This document shows, in pieces, positions 51,365 to 61,120 of a stretch of 64,000 nucleotides of DNA. Within the stretch, counting starts at the first letter, position 1. Every line of letters begins with the position of its first letter. The stretch spans positions 10,528-74,527 of the forward strand of contig SUTX01000005.1 in NCBI GenBank assembly GCA_015152465.1. Reading direction: 5' to 3'. Under the pieces are notes generated by a model. The model had not been told where the DNA came from. It ran no database searches and saw nothing but the letters and a program-made list of their open reading frames with translations. The DNA comes from Cyanobacteria bacterium SIG31. Lineage in GTDB: Bacteria > Cyanobacteriota > Vampirovibrionia > Gastranaerophilales > Gastranaerophilaceae. The position numbers were made by a program, and so were the translations under genes.

Positions 51365-51616
51365 ATGTTACCAATCATAACAGAGGAAATTTCAACAGAA
51401 ATTTTTGGTGAAGTATTTCAAGATGTTCAAGCATGGCGTAAAAATATGGTTCAATATCTAAAAGAAGAAAATCCTGAAATTAATACAGCTATTCTTGAAG
51501 TCGCAAAATATGATGAAGGTATTGATTTAAAAGCTGTAGCTTTAGGAGCTTACCTCTCATATAGATTAATTGAAATTGCAACTGAAAATGATACCTTGAT
51601 GACTATTGAGGAATAG
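51365..51616 (+). CDS. Small acidic hypothetical protein
   Basis: RBS aggagata, 83 aa. Confidence 0.7.
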   Translation: MLPIITEEISTEIFGEVFQDVQAWRKNMVQYLKEENPEINTAILEVAKYDEGIDLKAVALGAYLSYRLIEIATENDTLMTIEE

Positions 51617-52613
51617 AGTTCTCGTTCTTCTTTTTAACGCTATCGATTCTATCAGCAGCAAAAGTTGATAGTACTGGTATTATAATGTAATAAACAACAG
51701 CCATGATTAGTATTGGTTTTGCAATTTTAATCCCCTCTAAGTATTCAGGGAGCTTCTTATCGTTTTTATTAGCTAACTTAAATTTTTCAATAAATTTTTT
51801 TGCTGGATTTTCGGTTATTTTATCTATAAAATAACTTGTTATAATGCTAAGTCCGGTAGATATAGCTGAGTTATAAATTAAAGGTTTCTTGTCTTTTTCT
51901 TCAAGTTTTTTATTTTTTGCTGTTTGATAGATAAATGTTGCTGTGGTTAAACTATCTGTTGCGGCTATAATATGCATTGGGAAGTTAGAATCTTTATATT
52001 TATTAGAAAATTCTTGTATAGTTTTTTTATTTAAAATTTTACTAATGCCTTTAGAAAGCTTATCATTACCTTTAAAAGTTAAATTATTAACCTGCTTTTT
52101 GTCCTTTATATCATTATTTTCTGCATTCTCTTTTATAAATATATTAAGGATAAACGGTGTGGTCGCTGCTGTTAAAATAGCCTTAGGTACTGCTATTATG
52201 AAACCTAATCCCAGTTTAAAAAGTTGTGTTGCCAACGAGTAAACTTTTGATTCTTTTAAGCTAGAAGCTCCATTTTTTAAGCTACTTATTGCTTCTTTTG
52301 TTAAGTATTTATCGGGGTTTTTATCAATATTCTTAATGGATTTAGCTAATGGTAAAGAAAAAGCTAACATCATAAAATAACCGATAGCCGTTGATGATAT
52401 TGATTTTGCACATGCGACTTGTTTATTTTTTTTGTCTGTTTTTGGGGTTGCTAATATTGCAATAGGTCTTACGGTGGTTGAGAACACTAAAGATGTTGTG
52501 CCAGCAAATAATGTACCGTTTTTAGCAGCAAATTCTAAGCCTTTTTTTAAGACTTTGCTATCCCATAATCCGGCAAAAGAAATATTTCGTTTATCTGTAT
52601 AATTTACTTTCAT
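51603..52613 (-). CDS. Hypothetical membrane protein, fusion of module A and module B families
   Basis: ISFAG leader, internal LTFKG, similarity by eye to 7701-9197 and 9197-9898. Confidence 0.8.
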   Translation of the reverse strand: MKVNYTDKRNISFAGLWDSKVLKKGLEFAAKNGTLFAGTTSLVFSTTVRPIAILATPKTDKKNKQVACAKSISSTAIGYFMMLAFSLPLAKSIKNIDKNPDKYLTKEAISSLKNGASSLKESKVYSLATQLFKLGLGFIIAVPKAILTAATTPFILNIFIKENAENNDIKDKKQVNNLTFKGNDKLSKGISKILNKKTIQEFSNKYKDSNFPMHIIAATDSLTTATFIYQTAKNKKLEEKDKKPLIYNSAISTGLSIITSYFIDKITENPAKKFIEKFKLANKNDKKLPEYLEGIKIAKPILIMAVVYYIIIPVLSTFAADRIDSVKKKNENSIPQ

Positions 52614-52637
52614 CTTTTTTTATTAGATAACATAAAT

Positions 52638-53318
52638 ATGGATAAGATTAAAGTTGGAAATAAAAAGATATTTGAAATACTATTTTTGCTATCTATAATA
52701 GTGTTTATTATTTTTCATGCGTATTATAGAAATGACAACCCTATTGCGGTAATTTCTGCTATTTGTGGAATTACATATACTTTTATTGCAGGTAAAGGTA
52801 ATCCTATTTGCTATTTATTTGGTGTTACTGGTTCTGCATTTTATTGTATTTTATCGTTTCAAAATAACCTCTGGGGAAATTTGTTATTGTATGCTGTGTA
52901 TTATTTGCCAATGCAAATTGTCGGCTTTTTTAAATGGAATAAAAATCTTAAAGATGGAGAAAATACTATAATAAAAATTAAATTACCCAAAAAGGAACTT
53001 TGTCTTTTGATTTCATTACTTACAATTATTTCATTTTTTGTATATATAACTTTAGTTTTTTCACACGATGCGAACCCTATATTGGATAGCATCACAACCG
53101 TGTTTTCGATAGGTGGAATGTATCTGACTGTAAGAAGAGCAATTGAACAATGGCTCTTCTGGTTAGGCGTAAATATTTTAACCTTAGCTATGTGGATATC
53201 AATTGCTATGAGTGGTGTGAGAGTTTATTCTACAATTATAATGTGGGCAGTTTATTTAGTTTTAGCAGTATATTTTTACTTTGACTGGAAAAAAGAACTA
53301 AATACAAGAACTATTTAA
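52638..53318 (+). CDS. pnuC: PnuC-family nucleoside/vitamin transporter
   Basis: Multi-TM, GFFKW, P.LDSITTVFS, EQWLFW..VN. Confidence 0.88.
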   Translation: MDKIKVGNKKIFEILFLLSIIVFIIFHAYYRNDNPIAVISAICGITYTFIAGKGNPICYLFGVTGSAFYCILSFQNNLWGNLLLYAVYYLPMQIVGFFKWNKNLKDGENTIIKIKLPKKELCLLISLLTIISFFVYITLVFSHDANPILDSITTVFSIGGMYLTVRRAIEQWLFWLGVNILTLAMWISIAMSGVRVYSTIIMWAVYLVLAVYFYFDWKKELNTRTI

Positions 53319-53937
53319 TTATAGTCTCAAAATTAAGTAATTTTAATCCCTTTTTAGCCTTTTCATGCTTTATATCAGGAAGTTCATAACATTTAATGCA
53401 ACGAGCTTCGTATGTTTCATCTCCACCTATCATTATAAGGGGCGAACTTTTGTCTGCAGGTTTACCGTCGATTAACCTTTGTGTTCTCGTACCGTGATCG
53501 CAGCCACATTTCATGCAAACTGCGTGGAGTTTATCAACTTTTGTTGCTATGCACATAAGCTCTGGCATACTTCCAAATGGCTCAGCTTTAAAGTCTAATT
53601 CTAATCCTGTGCCTATAACTCTCTTCCCCTCTGCCATTAATGTTGATATAACTTTTACAATATTTGAATCAAAAAATTGGAGCTCATCTATCGCTATAAT
53701 TTCGTCTTCAGGTTTTACTACACTCATTATCTGTATAGCGTGTTTGACCTTTATAGCATCGAGCCAAAGTCCATTACGGGATTTTATGTAATCACCCTTT
53801 TCTCTAGTATCTATTTCCGGTGAAATTACTTTGACTTTCTTTTTTGCGATAATACAACGTCTAATTCTTCTTAAAAGTTCTTCAGTTTTACCGCAACTCA
53901 TTGGACCTGTAATTAACTCAAAACTATACCCCTGCAT
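53311..53937 (-). CDS. tdk: Thymidine kinase (start refined from 54072)
   Basis: GPMSCGKTEEL, IDELQF, GLELDF, C..C zinc sites, YEARC. Confidence 0.95.
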   Translation of the reverse strand: MQGYSFELITGPMSCGKTEELLRRIRRCIIAKKKVKVISPEIDTREKGDYIKSRNGLWLDAIKVKHAIQIMSVVKPEDEIIAIDELQFFDSNIVKVISTLMAEGKRVIGTGLELDFKAEPFGSMPELMCIATKVDKLHAVCMKCGCDHGTRTQRLIDGKPADKSSPLIMIGGDETYEARCIKCYELPDIKHEKAKKGLKLLNFETIIK

Positions 53938-54030
53938 TATTTTATCCCCAAAATTTGTAATAGCTAAATTTCGTTTATAATAATAACATAAAATTATTTT
54001 TAAGTATATGTTTATTTTATAATTAATAAT

Positions 54031-54936
54031 ATGAATAATAATGATAGAACTAATGAAATAGCATCGAAACATTTAGGTAAAAAGTCTTCAGGTAGCGAGT
54101 TGTATGATCCGTCATTGCTTGTGGCTGTTCCTAGAATCTTAAATAGAGAGCAATATTCAATCTCAAATGAAAAAATACCTTTTGCTGGGTATGATGTTTG
54201 GCATGCATACGAGTTCTCTTGTCTAACAGAAAATGGTGTACCTGTTACCAGAGTATTGAAACTTAAGTATAACTGTAATAATGAGTTTTTAATTGAATCT
54301 AAATCTTTGAAATTGTATTTAAACTCGTTCAATATGTCAAAATTTGGTAGAAATGTTGATGAAGCTTTGAATATATGTAAAAAAATAATACAAAAAGATT
54401 TGTCAGAAAAACTTGTAACTGATGTTGAGGTTAATTTTTTAAATAAAAAAATAAAACAAATCTCAATATTTGCAGATTTTATTGATTTGATGGATTATGT
54501 TGATGAGGACTCTATTTTAATTGAGTCTTTCAAGGAATCTCCTGAATATCTAAAATGTATTCAAACTAATGAACAAAAGGAACATTTTTTAATGTTCGAT
54601 TCATTACGTTCTAACTGTAGAGTTACGCATCAACCTGATTTTGGTAAAGCTTTTATCTACTACAAATCTAATAAGCTAATTGACGAACAATCGCTAGTTA
54701 TGTATTTAACTTCTTTTAGATCAGAATATCATTTTCACGAAGAATGTTGCGAAATGATTTTTAAACGTATAGCAGATATTCTTGATAATGATGACGAATT
54801 ATTAGTATGTGCTCTCTATACAAGAAGAGGGGGGATTGATATTTGCCCTGCCCGTTGGAGAGTGAATACAAATTATGAACAAATACTGTCTCTTTTGGAA
54901 ATGGATACATACGCTTCTTATGGGGTTAGTTTTTAG
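54031..54936 (+). CDS. queF: NADPH-dependent preQ0 reductase QueF (bimodular type)
   Basis: D.WHAYE.S.L, ESKSLKLYLNSF, LRSNCRVTHQPD, FHEECCE, YTRRGGIDI.P.R. Confidence 0.93.
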   Translation: MNNNDRTNEIASKHLGKKSSGSELYDPSLLVAVPRILNREQYSISNEKIPFAGYDVWHAYEFSCLTENGVPVTRVLKLKYNCNNEFLIESKSLKLYLNSFNMSKFGRNVDEALNICKKIIQKDLSEKLVTDVEVNFLNKKIKQISIFADFIDLMDYVDEDSILIESFKESPEYLKCIQTNEQKEHFLMFDSLRSNCRVTHQPDFGKAFIYYKSNKLIDEQSLVMYLTSFRSEYHFHEECCEMIFKRIADILDNDDELLVCALYTRRGGIDICPARWRVNTNYEQILSLLEMDTYASYGVSF

Positions 54937-54952
54937 TTTATTGTAAATTTAT

Positions 54953-54985
54953 AAAAAAGTCGGTAGGATTACTACCGACTTTTTT
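54953..54985. terminator. Bidirectional terminator between queF and tRNA-Arg
   Basis: aaaaaagtcggtag-gatta-ctaccgactttttt. Confidence 0.85.
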
Positions 54986-54988
54986 ATT

Positions 54989-55062
<74 letters not shown>

Positions 55063-55270
55063 TTATTTTTCTGTAGAAAAAGTGAGCAGAATACTTTATA
55101 ATCACTTTTTCTCGCTCTAGCTAAATAAAAATTTCGCTAACTATTTGACTATACCAGCAACATAAAAACATTTCAAGCAAATCTTTTGTTTACGTTTCTT
55201 AAATAATTATTGAGGTAAGTACTTGTTTCTTTTAAGATAAACCTATCACAAATCGTTTATAGGAGAGAGA

Positions 55271-55492
55271 ATGCAAGAATTTACACCTCGTAGCTCTTTT
55301 ATGGATTACAGAAATTCTGTGCCATTTATGGATTTATCAGGGTTTGTTTCGAACCAACCGCAAGCAATTGAAGAATTACCGGCGATATCATTACGACAAC
55401 ATTTGCTAAAAAAGAAATTATCAACTATGATTAACTTAAGGCGTTTACAATATAGAAAACGTGTTGAGGATTATAGAAATGGCAGAATGTAA
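55271..55492 (+). CDS. Small hypothetical protein overlapping the proA start
   Basis: RBS aggagag, 73 aa, basic C-terminus. Confidence 0.55.
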   Translation: MQEFTPRSSFMDYRNSVPFMDLSGFVSNQPQAIEELPAISLRQHLLKKKLSTMINLRRLQYRKRVEDYRNGRM

Positions 55493-56723
55493 TTTTGTAG
55501 AAATTGCCAAAAATGCAAAACTTGCATCTAAAAAGTTAGCAACTTTATCAACTGATATAAAAAATAAAGCTCTTCTTGCAATCGCAGAAGCTTTAGATTT
55601 AAATCAATCGTTGATATTTGAAGCAAATAAAAAAGATTTGGAATTGGCTAAAGACACCCTATCAGCATCGGTTTTTAATCGTCTCAAGCTTGATGCTAAT
55701 AAGATGCGTGATATGATTCAAGGGGTAATTGATATCTATAATTTAGAAGATCCAATAGGAAAATTTTTGATGCAAAGATCTCTTGATACAGGCTTAATTC
55801 TTTCAAAAGTGTCTTGTCCAATCGGAGTTTTAGGGATAATTTTTGAAGCTCGTCCCGATGTTATTTCACAAATTACAGCTTTAGCTATTAAATCTTCGAA
55901 TGCTATTATTTTAAAAGGTGGGAAAGAGGCTGTAAACACAAATAAAGCTATATTTAAAATAATTAATGATGCATTAGCTTCAATTAAAATATTCCCTCCG
56001 CATTCTATTACACAAGTTTTCTCGAGAGAAGACGTGCAAGAGATGCTTAAATGTGATGCCTATATTGATTTAATTATACCTAGAGGTGGTAATGATTTAG
56101 TTAAATATATAAAAGAAAACACTAACATACCTGTATTAGGGCATGCGGATGGAGTTTGTCATATTTTTGTTGATGAATTTGCTGATTTAGAGAAAGCTAA
56201 ACGTATAATTATTGATGCCAAAACTCAATATCCGAGTGCTTGCAATTCTGTTGAGACTCTTTTAATTCATGAAAGATTTATGTATAAGGAAGAATTACAA
56301 AAAGTATTATTAAGTTCCGGTATAGAGCTAATTTATAATGTTGAGAATTGGCATGTTGAGTATTCTGACACGAAGTTGTCTGTAAAATTTGTATCGTCTT
56401 TAGAGGAGGCTGTTGAGCATATTAATAATTATTCGTCAGGACATACCGAATCAATAATTACTGATAGCAGGGAAAATGCTGCTGTTTTCTTGAAAACAGT
56501 CGATTCTGCTGGAGTATATCACAATGCATCAACTCGTTTTGCTGATGGCTTTAGATATGGTTTTGGGGCAGAGGTCGGGATTTCAACAAATAAAATTCAT
56601 GCAAGAGGGCCTGTAGGCTTGCAAGGTTTAACTATATATAAGTATACATTACAAGGTAATGGCGATATTGTTAACGATTATATAGAAGGTGTAAAACATT
56701 TTAACCATAAGGATTTAATATGA
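55479..56723 (+). CDS. proA: Gamma-glutamyl phosphate reductase
   Basis: GIIFEARP, IPRGG, CNSVETLL, HNASTRFADG, GAEVGIST. Confidence 0.96.
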   Translation: MAECNFVEIAKNAKLASKKLATLSTDIKNKALLAIAEALDLNQSLIFEANKKDLELAKDTLSASVFNRLKLDANKMRDMIQGVIDIYNLEDPIGKFLMQRSLDTGLILSKVSCPIGVLGIIFEARPDVISQITALAIKSSNAIILKGGKEAVNTNKAIFKIINDALASIKIFPPHSITQVFSREDVQEMLKCDAYIDLIIPRGGNDLVKYIKENTNIPVLGHADGVCHIFVDEFADLEKAKRIIIDAKTQYPSACNSVETLLIHERFMYKEELQKVLLSSGIELIYNVENWHVEYSDTKLSVKFVSSLEEAVEHINNYSSGHTESIITDSRENAAVFLKTVDSAGVYHNASTRFADGFRYGFGAEVGISTNKIHARGPVGLQGLTIYKYTLQGNGDIVNDYIEGVKHFNHKDLI

Positions 56724-57487
56724 AAATAGGTGTTATAGGTTTAGGTTTAATAGGCGGTTCCATATTTAAAGAATTATCTCTTAATGTGGAGTATGAACTC
56801 GTTGGAATCTCTCGCACATTAAAAGCAAAAAATGTGTATACAGATTATAATAACCTTAAGGACTGCGATTTAGTATTTGTTTGTACACCTATAAATGCGA
56901 CATTAGAGATCCTTGATGCTTTAAATGATTTACTACCAGAAACTACGATTGTTACAGATGTTTGTAGTTTGAAAAATTTTGTTTCTAATAAAGAGTACAA
57001 ATATAATTTTATACCGTCACACCCGATGGCGGGTACAGAAAAATCTGGCTGGGAGAACTCTTTTGTTGGACTTTTCAAAGGAGCTAAATGGGCAATAACT
57101 CCTATTGGTGGGAATATAACACCTGCTCAAGATGCTTTGGAGAAAATAATAAAAGAACTTGGGGCAGAGCCTGTAGTGACTTCGCCAGAAGAACATGATA
57201 GGGCTGTAGCTTTAATTTCGCACTTTCCACTAGTTGTTGCTCAAGCTTTGTGTGAGAATATTAAGGACAATAAGCTTGCTCAATTACTTGTTTCAACGGG
57301 TTTTAAGGATACGACTCGTCTTGCTTTGTCAAATATAGAAATGGCCACTGATATGGTTGATTTTAATAGAAAAAATATTGTTGAAGCATTAAAACTTTTT
57401 GAAAAAAATATTAATGAAATCTTAAATGATGACTATAAGTTAAAGGCTACAGAACTAAAAGACTTTAGAGCAAACCTATATAATTAA
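56720..57487 (+). CDS. tyrA: Prephenate/arogenate dehydrogenase
   Basis: GLGLIGGS, TDVCSLK, HPMAGTE, HDRAVALISHFP, GFKDTTRLA. Confidence 0.9.
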   Translation: MKIGVIGLGLIGGSIFKELSLNVEYELVGISRTLKAKNVYTDYNNLKDCDLVFVCTPINATLEILDALNDLLPETTIVTDVCSLKNFVSNKEYKYNFIPSHPMAGTEKSGWENSFVGLFKGAKWAITPIGGNITPAQDALEKIIKELGAEPVVTSPEEHDRAVALISHFPLVVAQALCENIKDNKLAQLLVSTGFKDTTRLALSNIEMATDMVDFNRKNIVEALKLFEKNINEILNDDYKLKATELKDFRANLYN

Positions 57488-60291
57488 GATTTTAAACTTT
57501 CAAAATAGGTTTGGTTAGCTTTTAGCGTGTCTTCACTTCCAACTACAAAATACGTTGGAGGGTTTTTGAATACTTTTTGTGCAAGTGTATCAATGTCTTC
57601 TCTTGTAATTTTATCAATTAGTTTGTATTTAATATTATCTCTGTAAACTCCCATTTCATCATTTAAAGCACCAGATAGTATTGATACTTTTGATGGAATA
57701 CCTTCATTATCAAGCAATACAGCTTTATAAGCTTTTTTGACGCTCATTAAGTCGTCATCTGTGTATTCTGAATTTAGTAAGCATTGAATTTGTCTGTGGA
57801 AACCGTTTATAGATTTTTGCACGTTTTCAAAGCTTTGTTCGCCTGTTTCTTTGTTGTCAGTTGTTGTTAAAATATTTAGTGATAATTCTCCTGTATCGCC
57901 AACTCTGTCGATGTCAGAATATACAGAATATGCCAATTTTTCTTTTTCTCTAAGGGTGTTAAATAGGCCAATTGTAGAAGAAGATGTTAGTAGCGAATTC
58001 AATAATCTTAGAGTGATTTTTTCTTTAGGCGTATCTACTGCTGGGAATGTATATAGTTGTATAATATCTGCTTGTGAAGCATCTTTATTTTTTGTAATAA
58101 CTACGGGTTTTGAGTTTTCAATATAACCGTGTTCTTTAATATAACGAAAAGGTTTTACTTTGTTTAATCCATTAAATTCTTTAATAGCAATTTCTTTTAT
58201 TTTATCATTTTTTTCTGGTACATTTATTGCTATTGTTGCACAAGAGTTTTCAAGGATATATTTATGCAAATTTTTTATATCGTCAAGTGTTAAGGTTTTT
58301 AATCCTGCTTTGATCTTTTCATTAGATATAACCAATTCTGAAGATTTGCCAAAATAATCATAATAAAGTGATTCAGCTGTAACTTCTTGCTGTTTTAATT
58401 TATCTAGGGCTCTTTCAACAGCATCGTTAAATTCTTTTTGGGTTAATCTTGGGTTGACAATAAGTTCTTTTGCGCTGTCTACAGCTTCTTTGAAATTATC
58501 GCAATTGGCGGAACCTTTTAATGATAGTGATGTAAGCCTATTTCCAGCGAAAATGCTGTAGTTATTATCTTCTTGAACTCTTTTAAATTCTTCTTCTGTC
58601 TTTGTTGAAGTCCCTTGCCCAAAGAGCTCATCTAATATAATAAAAGCTGCAGGATTAATGTTTTTAGGAAGTTTGTACGAGTATTTAATACTAAACTTCA
58701 AGTTGTTATTATTTTTTGTTTTAATAAACCCTATTTTATAATTATTATCTAGTACTGTTTCGCTAATATTTTCTGGATTTACAGGGGTTCTATCTTTGCC
58801 TTTAAAGCTTATGTTGTTTGTTTTATTATAATTTTTATTGATTTCTTCAATAGTGGTTTTAGGGTGCACAACAGTTATTGCTGCTCGACTTAGGTCAATA
58901 TACTTTTCAATGTAGTTATTTACATCTTCTTCTGTAATACTACTAACGATTTCAGGATATTTAGTTAAATATTCTAAAGAATTGTCAAATGTTGATTTAC
59001 CTACAATATCATTAATGTAGCCAGAATAACTAAGTCTATTGTCATAATTTTCTAGTAAACGTTTTTTTAGTATTTCTAAATTCTTTTTGTTTGGTGATTT
59101 TAGGGATGCAAGTTTTTCATGTAATATTTTTAATGCTTTTTCAGAGTTTTCTTCAGATGTCTCTATGTCAACAGTGATTAAACTTGAACCGTTTTTCTCA
59201 TTTGTAATTTTATTATTAGAAACGATAGCTTGGGTATTTAATGGTTTTAAAGCTTTGTTGAAACCTGAATAAACGCTAGAAATGTATTCCTCTAATAATT
59301 CGTGTATTACTTTAGATTTAACATCACTGTTTTTAGGCCCCACAAAACCCAATTCAATCATTGTTGACGTCGCTGTTTTATTGATAAAATCCTTTCTTAC
59401 AGTACTTTTTATTGGGGTTAAACTTTCATGATAAAGTTCAGAGCTGCTTGTTTTTTTAGAATGGAAATTTTTTGCAACTAACTTTATAACCTCATCTGGG
59501 TCGACATCTCCAGTAATTACTAAATTCATATTATCAGGAGTATAGTGTTTGTCATAATATTCTTTTACATCTTTTTTTGTTAGATTCTGAATATGCTTTG
59601 TGCTACCTGCGATTAACTCATCTGCAGAGCTTCTGATGTTAAATAGAGTGCGGAGTGTTTGGTCATAAGTTGTTGTTTCTGGACGATCCATTATCATGTT
59701 TATCTCTGAACAAACAGGACCTTTCTCTTTTTCTATCATTTCTTCTGTTAATGCAAGATCTTCTGTCATCGCAGCTATGACTTTAATTTGTTCTTCTAAA
59801 TCTCTATCTTCTAATAATGGTGTTGAATTCACATAATCAGTAAGGGCATGACTTGTGCTTGCATTTGTCCATCCACCCAAAATCTCTATTTTTTTAAAAC
59901 TGTCACCTTGATTGAGTTTTAAATGATTATAACCATTTGTGCCATTGAATGCCATGTGTTCTAAAAAGTGGCTGATTCCTTTGATATTATCAGGCTCGTT
60001 AAAAGCACCAACGTTAACATAATTTTTAACCGTAGCTGGAGAACTTTCCATTGGTATTATTGATACCCTATATCCATTTGCAAGTTTATAAGAATGGATT
60101 TTTAAACCATTTGGGATATCTGTTTCGCTAATTTTTTTGTAACTTTGTGGCGTGCGTACAGCAAAATCTGGAGTTACATTACTAAGTTCCTTTATTTCAG
60201 TTTTACTGTTAAGGTTTTCATCTAAGGGTTTTGTAACAGCCTGTGAGCTTTTGAATGCAATACTATTAATATTTGAAACTTTCATCACCAT
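57484..60291 (-). CDS. M16-family (pitrilysin-like) zinc peptidase with two fused halves
   Basis: GISHFLEHMAF (HXXEH), NASTS, C-terminal LREKEKLAYSV; 935 aa. Confidence 0.9.
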   Translation of the reverse strand: MVMKVSNINSIAFKSSQAVTKPLDENLNSKTEIKELSNVTPDFAVRTPQSYKKISETDIPNGLKIHSYKLANGYRVSIIPMESSPATVKNYVNVGAFNEPDNIKGISHFLEHMAFNGTNGYNHLKLNQGDSFKKIEILGGWTNASTSHALTDYVNSTPLLEDRDLEEQIKVIAAMTEDLALTEEMIEKEKGPVCSEINMIMDRPETTTYDQTLRTLFNIRSSADELIAGSTKHIQNLTKKDVKEYYDKHYTPDNMNLVITGDVDPDEVIKLVAKNFHSKKTSSSELYHESLTPIKSTVRKDFINKTATSTMIELGFVGPKNSDVKSKVIHELLEEYISSVYSGFNKALKPLNTQAIVSNNKITNEKNGSSLITVDIETSEENSEKALKILHEKLASLKSPNKKNLEILKKRLLENYDNRLSYSGYINDIVGKSTFDNSLEYLTKYPEIVSSITEEDVNNYIEKYIDLSRAAITVVHPKTTIEEINKNYNKTNNISFKGKDRTPVNPENISETVLDNNYKIGFIKTKNNNNLKFSIKYSYKLPKNINPAAFIILDELFGQGTSTKTEEEFKRVQEDNNYSIFAGNRLTSLSLKGSANCDNFKEAVDSAKELIVNPRLTQKEFNDAVERALDKLKQQEVTAESLYYDYFGKSSELVISNEKIKAGLKTLTLDDIKNLHKYILENSCATIAINVPEKNDKIKEIAIKEFNGLNKVKPFRYIKEHGYIENSKPVVITKNKDASQADIIQLYTFPAVDTPKEKITLRLLNSLLTSSSTIGLFNTLREKEKLAYSVYSDIDRVGDTGELSLNILTTTDNKETGEQSFENVQKSINGFHRQIQCLLNSEYTDDDLMSVKKAYKAVLLDNEGIPSKVSILSGALNDEMGVYRDNIKYKLIDKITREDIDTLAQKVFKNPPTYFVVGSEDTLKANQTYFESLKS

Positions 60292-60349
60292 ATATTATAT
60301 AAAACCATGAGTGCTTGAAAATTGCTTTTTTGTTGCGTTTTCTTTACAC

Positions 60350-60378
60350 AAAAAAGCCACCTAAAAGGTGGCTTTTTT
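60350..60378 (-). terminator. Terminator after speD
   Basis: aaaaaagccacc-taaaa-ggtggctttttt. Confidence 0.8.
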
Positions 60379-60391
60379 ATGTAAAATGATT

Positions 60392-60850
60392 TTAACCTTC
60401 AAACTGCTCGGCAACTTCAAAAGGTTGCTCTGCTAGCTTAAGAGTTTCTCTATCGATAATGCCTCTTTTAAGCTCTGTAAAAGAAGCTTTTTTAGAATTA
60501 AACATTTTCTTTAAGAATTCGTAAGCTACTTTAGGGTCACATTTTGTTCCGCAAGTAAATAAATCTACTGCTGCATATCCTAATTCTGGCCAAGTATGAA
60601 TTGCTAAATGACTTTCTGAAATAATAACAACACCACTAACTCCGTATGGGTTGAACATGTGGAAACATTTTTGAACGATGGTAGCTCCGCATTCAAGGGC
60701 TGCATCAACCATGTGTTTTTCAACTTTATCAATACTATTCAGAACATTTGAATCACATTCAAAAAACTCTGCAAGGACGTGTTGTCCAAGATTAACTTTA
60801 TCAAGTTGTTGCTCTTCTAAAGCGTCAATTGAAGATGAAACTATTGCCAA
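60392..60850 (-). CDS. speD: S-adenosylmethionine decarboxylase proenzyme
   Basis: LGQHVLAEF, GVSGVVIISESHLAIHTWPE, DLFTCG. Confidence 0.95.
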   Translation of the reverse strand: MAIVSSSIDALEEQQLDKVNLGQHVLAEFFECDSNVLNSIDKVEKHMVDAALECGATIVQKCFHMFNPYGVSGVVIISESHLAIHTWPELGYAAVDLFTCGTKCDPKVAYEFLKKMFNSKKASFTELKRGIIDRETLKLAEQPFEVAEQFEG

Positions 60851-61120
60851 TTCATGTGCCTCCTTATATATTTTTGTGTGTACAAATTTATTTTCTAATA
60901 CATTTTACTATAAAAATCAAAAAATTTGTATTTTTTACACTTTTTAGAGGAGAGCTTAACAAAATGTTACATCTATAAAAGTTTTTTCTGTACAAATTCT
61001 TTATTTGTAAGCATATTAGATAGTTTGATGCCGATATAAAGATTAGATAAAGAAATCCTTTTTTTAAAAAATTTTACATTATAATGTGAATAATAAAAGA
61101 AATAAAAGGAGAAAGATAAT

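Noticed and set aside
53940-54030. preQ1 riboswitch upstream of queF
   Set aside because: Only an AT-only aaattt/aaattt stem; loop and A-rich tail do not fit the preQ1-I consensus convincingly
53938-54072. 45-aa N-terminal extension of thymidine kinase in the ORF track
   Set aside because: AT-rich intergenic read-through overlapping the queF start; family homology begins at MQGYSFEL (53937)
61008-61037. Sigma-28 promoter (GCCGATAT)
   Set aside because: No TAAA -35 element at 15-nt spacing, and the downstream gene is not flagellar
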